DNA of 64,000 nt from Octopus bimaculoides (Eukaryota). Each line of letters opens with the position of its first letter. Position 1 is the first letter of the stretch. Shown here one piece after another: positions 62,796-64,000 of this stretch. The translations under genes were made by a program, and so were the position numbers. The notes under the pieces are model-generated. The model was given only the letters and a program-made list of their open reading frames with translations. It was not told the origin of the DNA and searched no databases. The stretch spans positions 19,031,946-19,095,945 of the forward strand of contig NC_068990.1 in the NCBI RefSeq assembly GCF_001194135.2. Direction: 5' to 3'.

Positions 62796-63967
62796 GTACA
62801 TACATACTCGATGCAAATACACATAAATGCATCTATATACGCATGTGTGTATATATATATTATGTATATGTATAATATATATTATATATATGTTATATAT
62901 ATATGATATATATTATTTATAAATGCACACATACATTTATAGGGACAGACACATACACTCAAACACGCACATGTAGATGCATTCACATGCATAATTATAT
63001 TTTGAGACAGGTATTTCTAGCTTGGAGTTTGAAATATGTTGAAAGGTCAATGTTATTATGTTGCATATAACATCATTGAATAACAAACATATACATATAC
63101 ATACATATACACTATATACATATACATACCTACACTCATACATCAACATACATACACGCACTCATACATCTACATAGATGAATGCATGCATATATATATA
63201 TATATATATTTATATATATGTATATATATATNNNNNNNNNNNNNNNNNNNNNNNNNNNNNNNNNNNNNNNNNNNNNNNNNNNNNNNNNNNNNNNNNNNNN
63301 NNNNNNNNNNNNNNNNNNNNNNNNNNNNNNNGTATAAACATATATATATGCATGTATGTATGTATAAAACTAATCAATGCGCAAATAATATCTGAAACAT
63401 ATGAAAGAGTATTTTTTTATCGTTTCATAAATCCAGTATTTTTATTCTCAGAATATTGTATTTGCCATAGACAGAGCATTTCCAGTAAACAGCAAAGAAC
63501 ACTGTAAAAAGATATACTAGATTCTCTTGTACGATAAAAATCACTTTGGAAAATCTGATATATACATACACATTATCACACATGCAAATAATATTGGTGT
63601 TATTGATGAAATATATAATAAACTGACATTGCTTTATCCAGTCACAAAGACAAAAGAAACAAAACGTATTCTTTTATCGATAAAGTATTGCAAATTGACA
63701 CATATATTACCTTATCATCAATGGTTATTTCATGGAATCTGGACGAATGTAAATATTGTTGACATTTGAATGAGTGAGGTATATACAGAAATGTAAATAA
63801 GTAGACAGATGGATGAACATACAAATTGAGAAAGTGATTATTATTCAATATGAAATAACAGACAGAATAAATGTATCTGAAGTATGTTCGAAATGATATA
63901 TGGAAGCAGATGACGCTCGTATAAGTTTACCTAATGGTAAGATAAATATGTACATGTACACGCACAC

Positions 63968-64000
<33 letters not shown>

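Overview
AT-rich, repeat-dense animal genomic DNA from a gapped short-read assembly (17 N-gaps, about 7 kb in total, almost all bordered by (TA)n or (CA)n). The SINE families and microsatellite load look like Octopus; I recognise this from memory, not from a search. I find no intact host protein-coding gene, and nearly all ORF-track entries are microsatellite, gap or antisense artefacts. The window reads as intronic or intergenic. Mobile-element relics: (i) at least five Penelope-like retroelement (PLE) fragments from two lineages (Naiad-like YRDD RT / GIY-YIG with CxxC..CxH, and Neptune-like linker zinc finger / GIY-YIG), plus several solo pseudo-LTRs (pLTRs). Many of these carry minimal hammerhead-ribozyme motifs, and most end at or near (TA)n/(ATT)n tracts. 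(ii) An R4/Dong 3' end lacking its nuclease, RTE 5' and 3' fragments, a Tc1/mariner 3' end, a Helentron-like element, MITE/fold-back palindromes, and about 12 tRNA-derived SINE copies. The best non-TE signal is at 59115-59222 (+): a long polypyrimidine tract, then CAG|GTAAGT, then a second CAG|GTAAGT exactly 51 nt later. This is the architecture of a recursive splice site with its RS-exon, and it suggests the window lies in a very long + strand intron.
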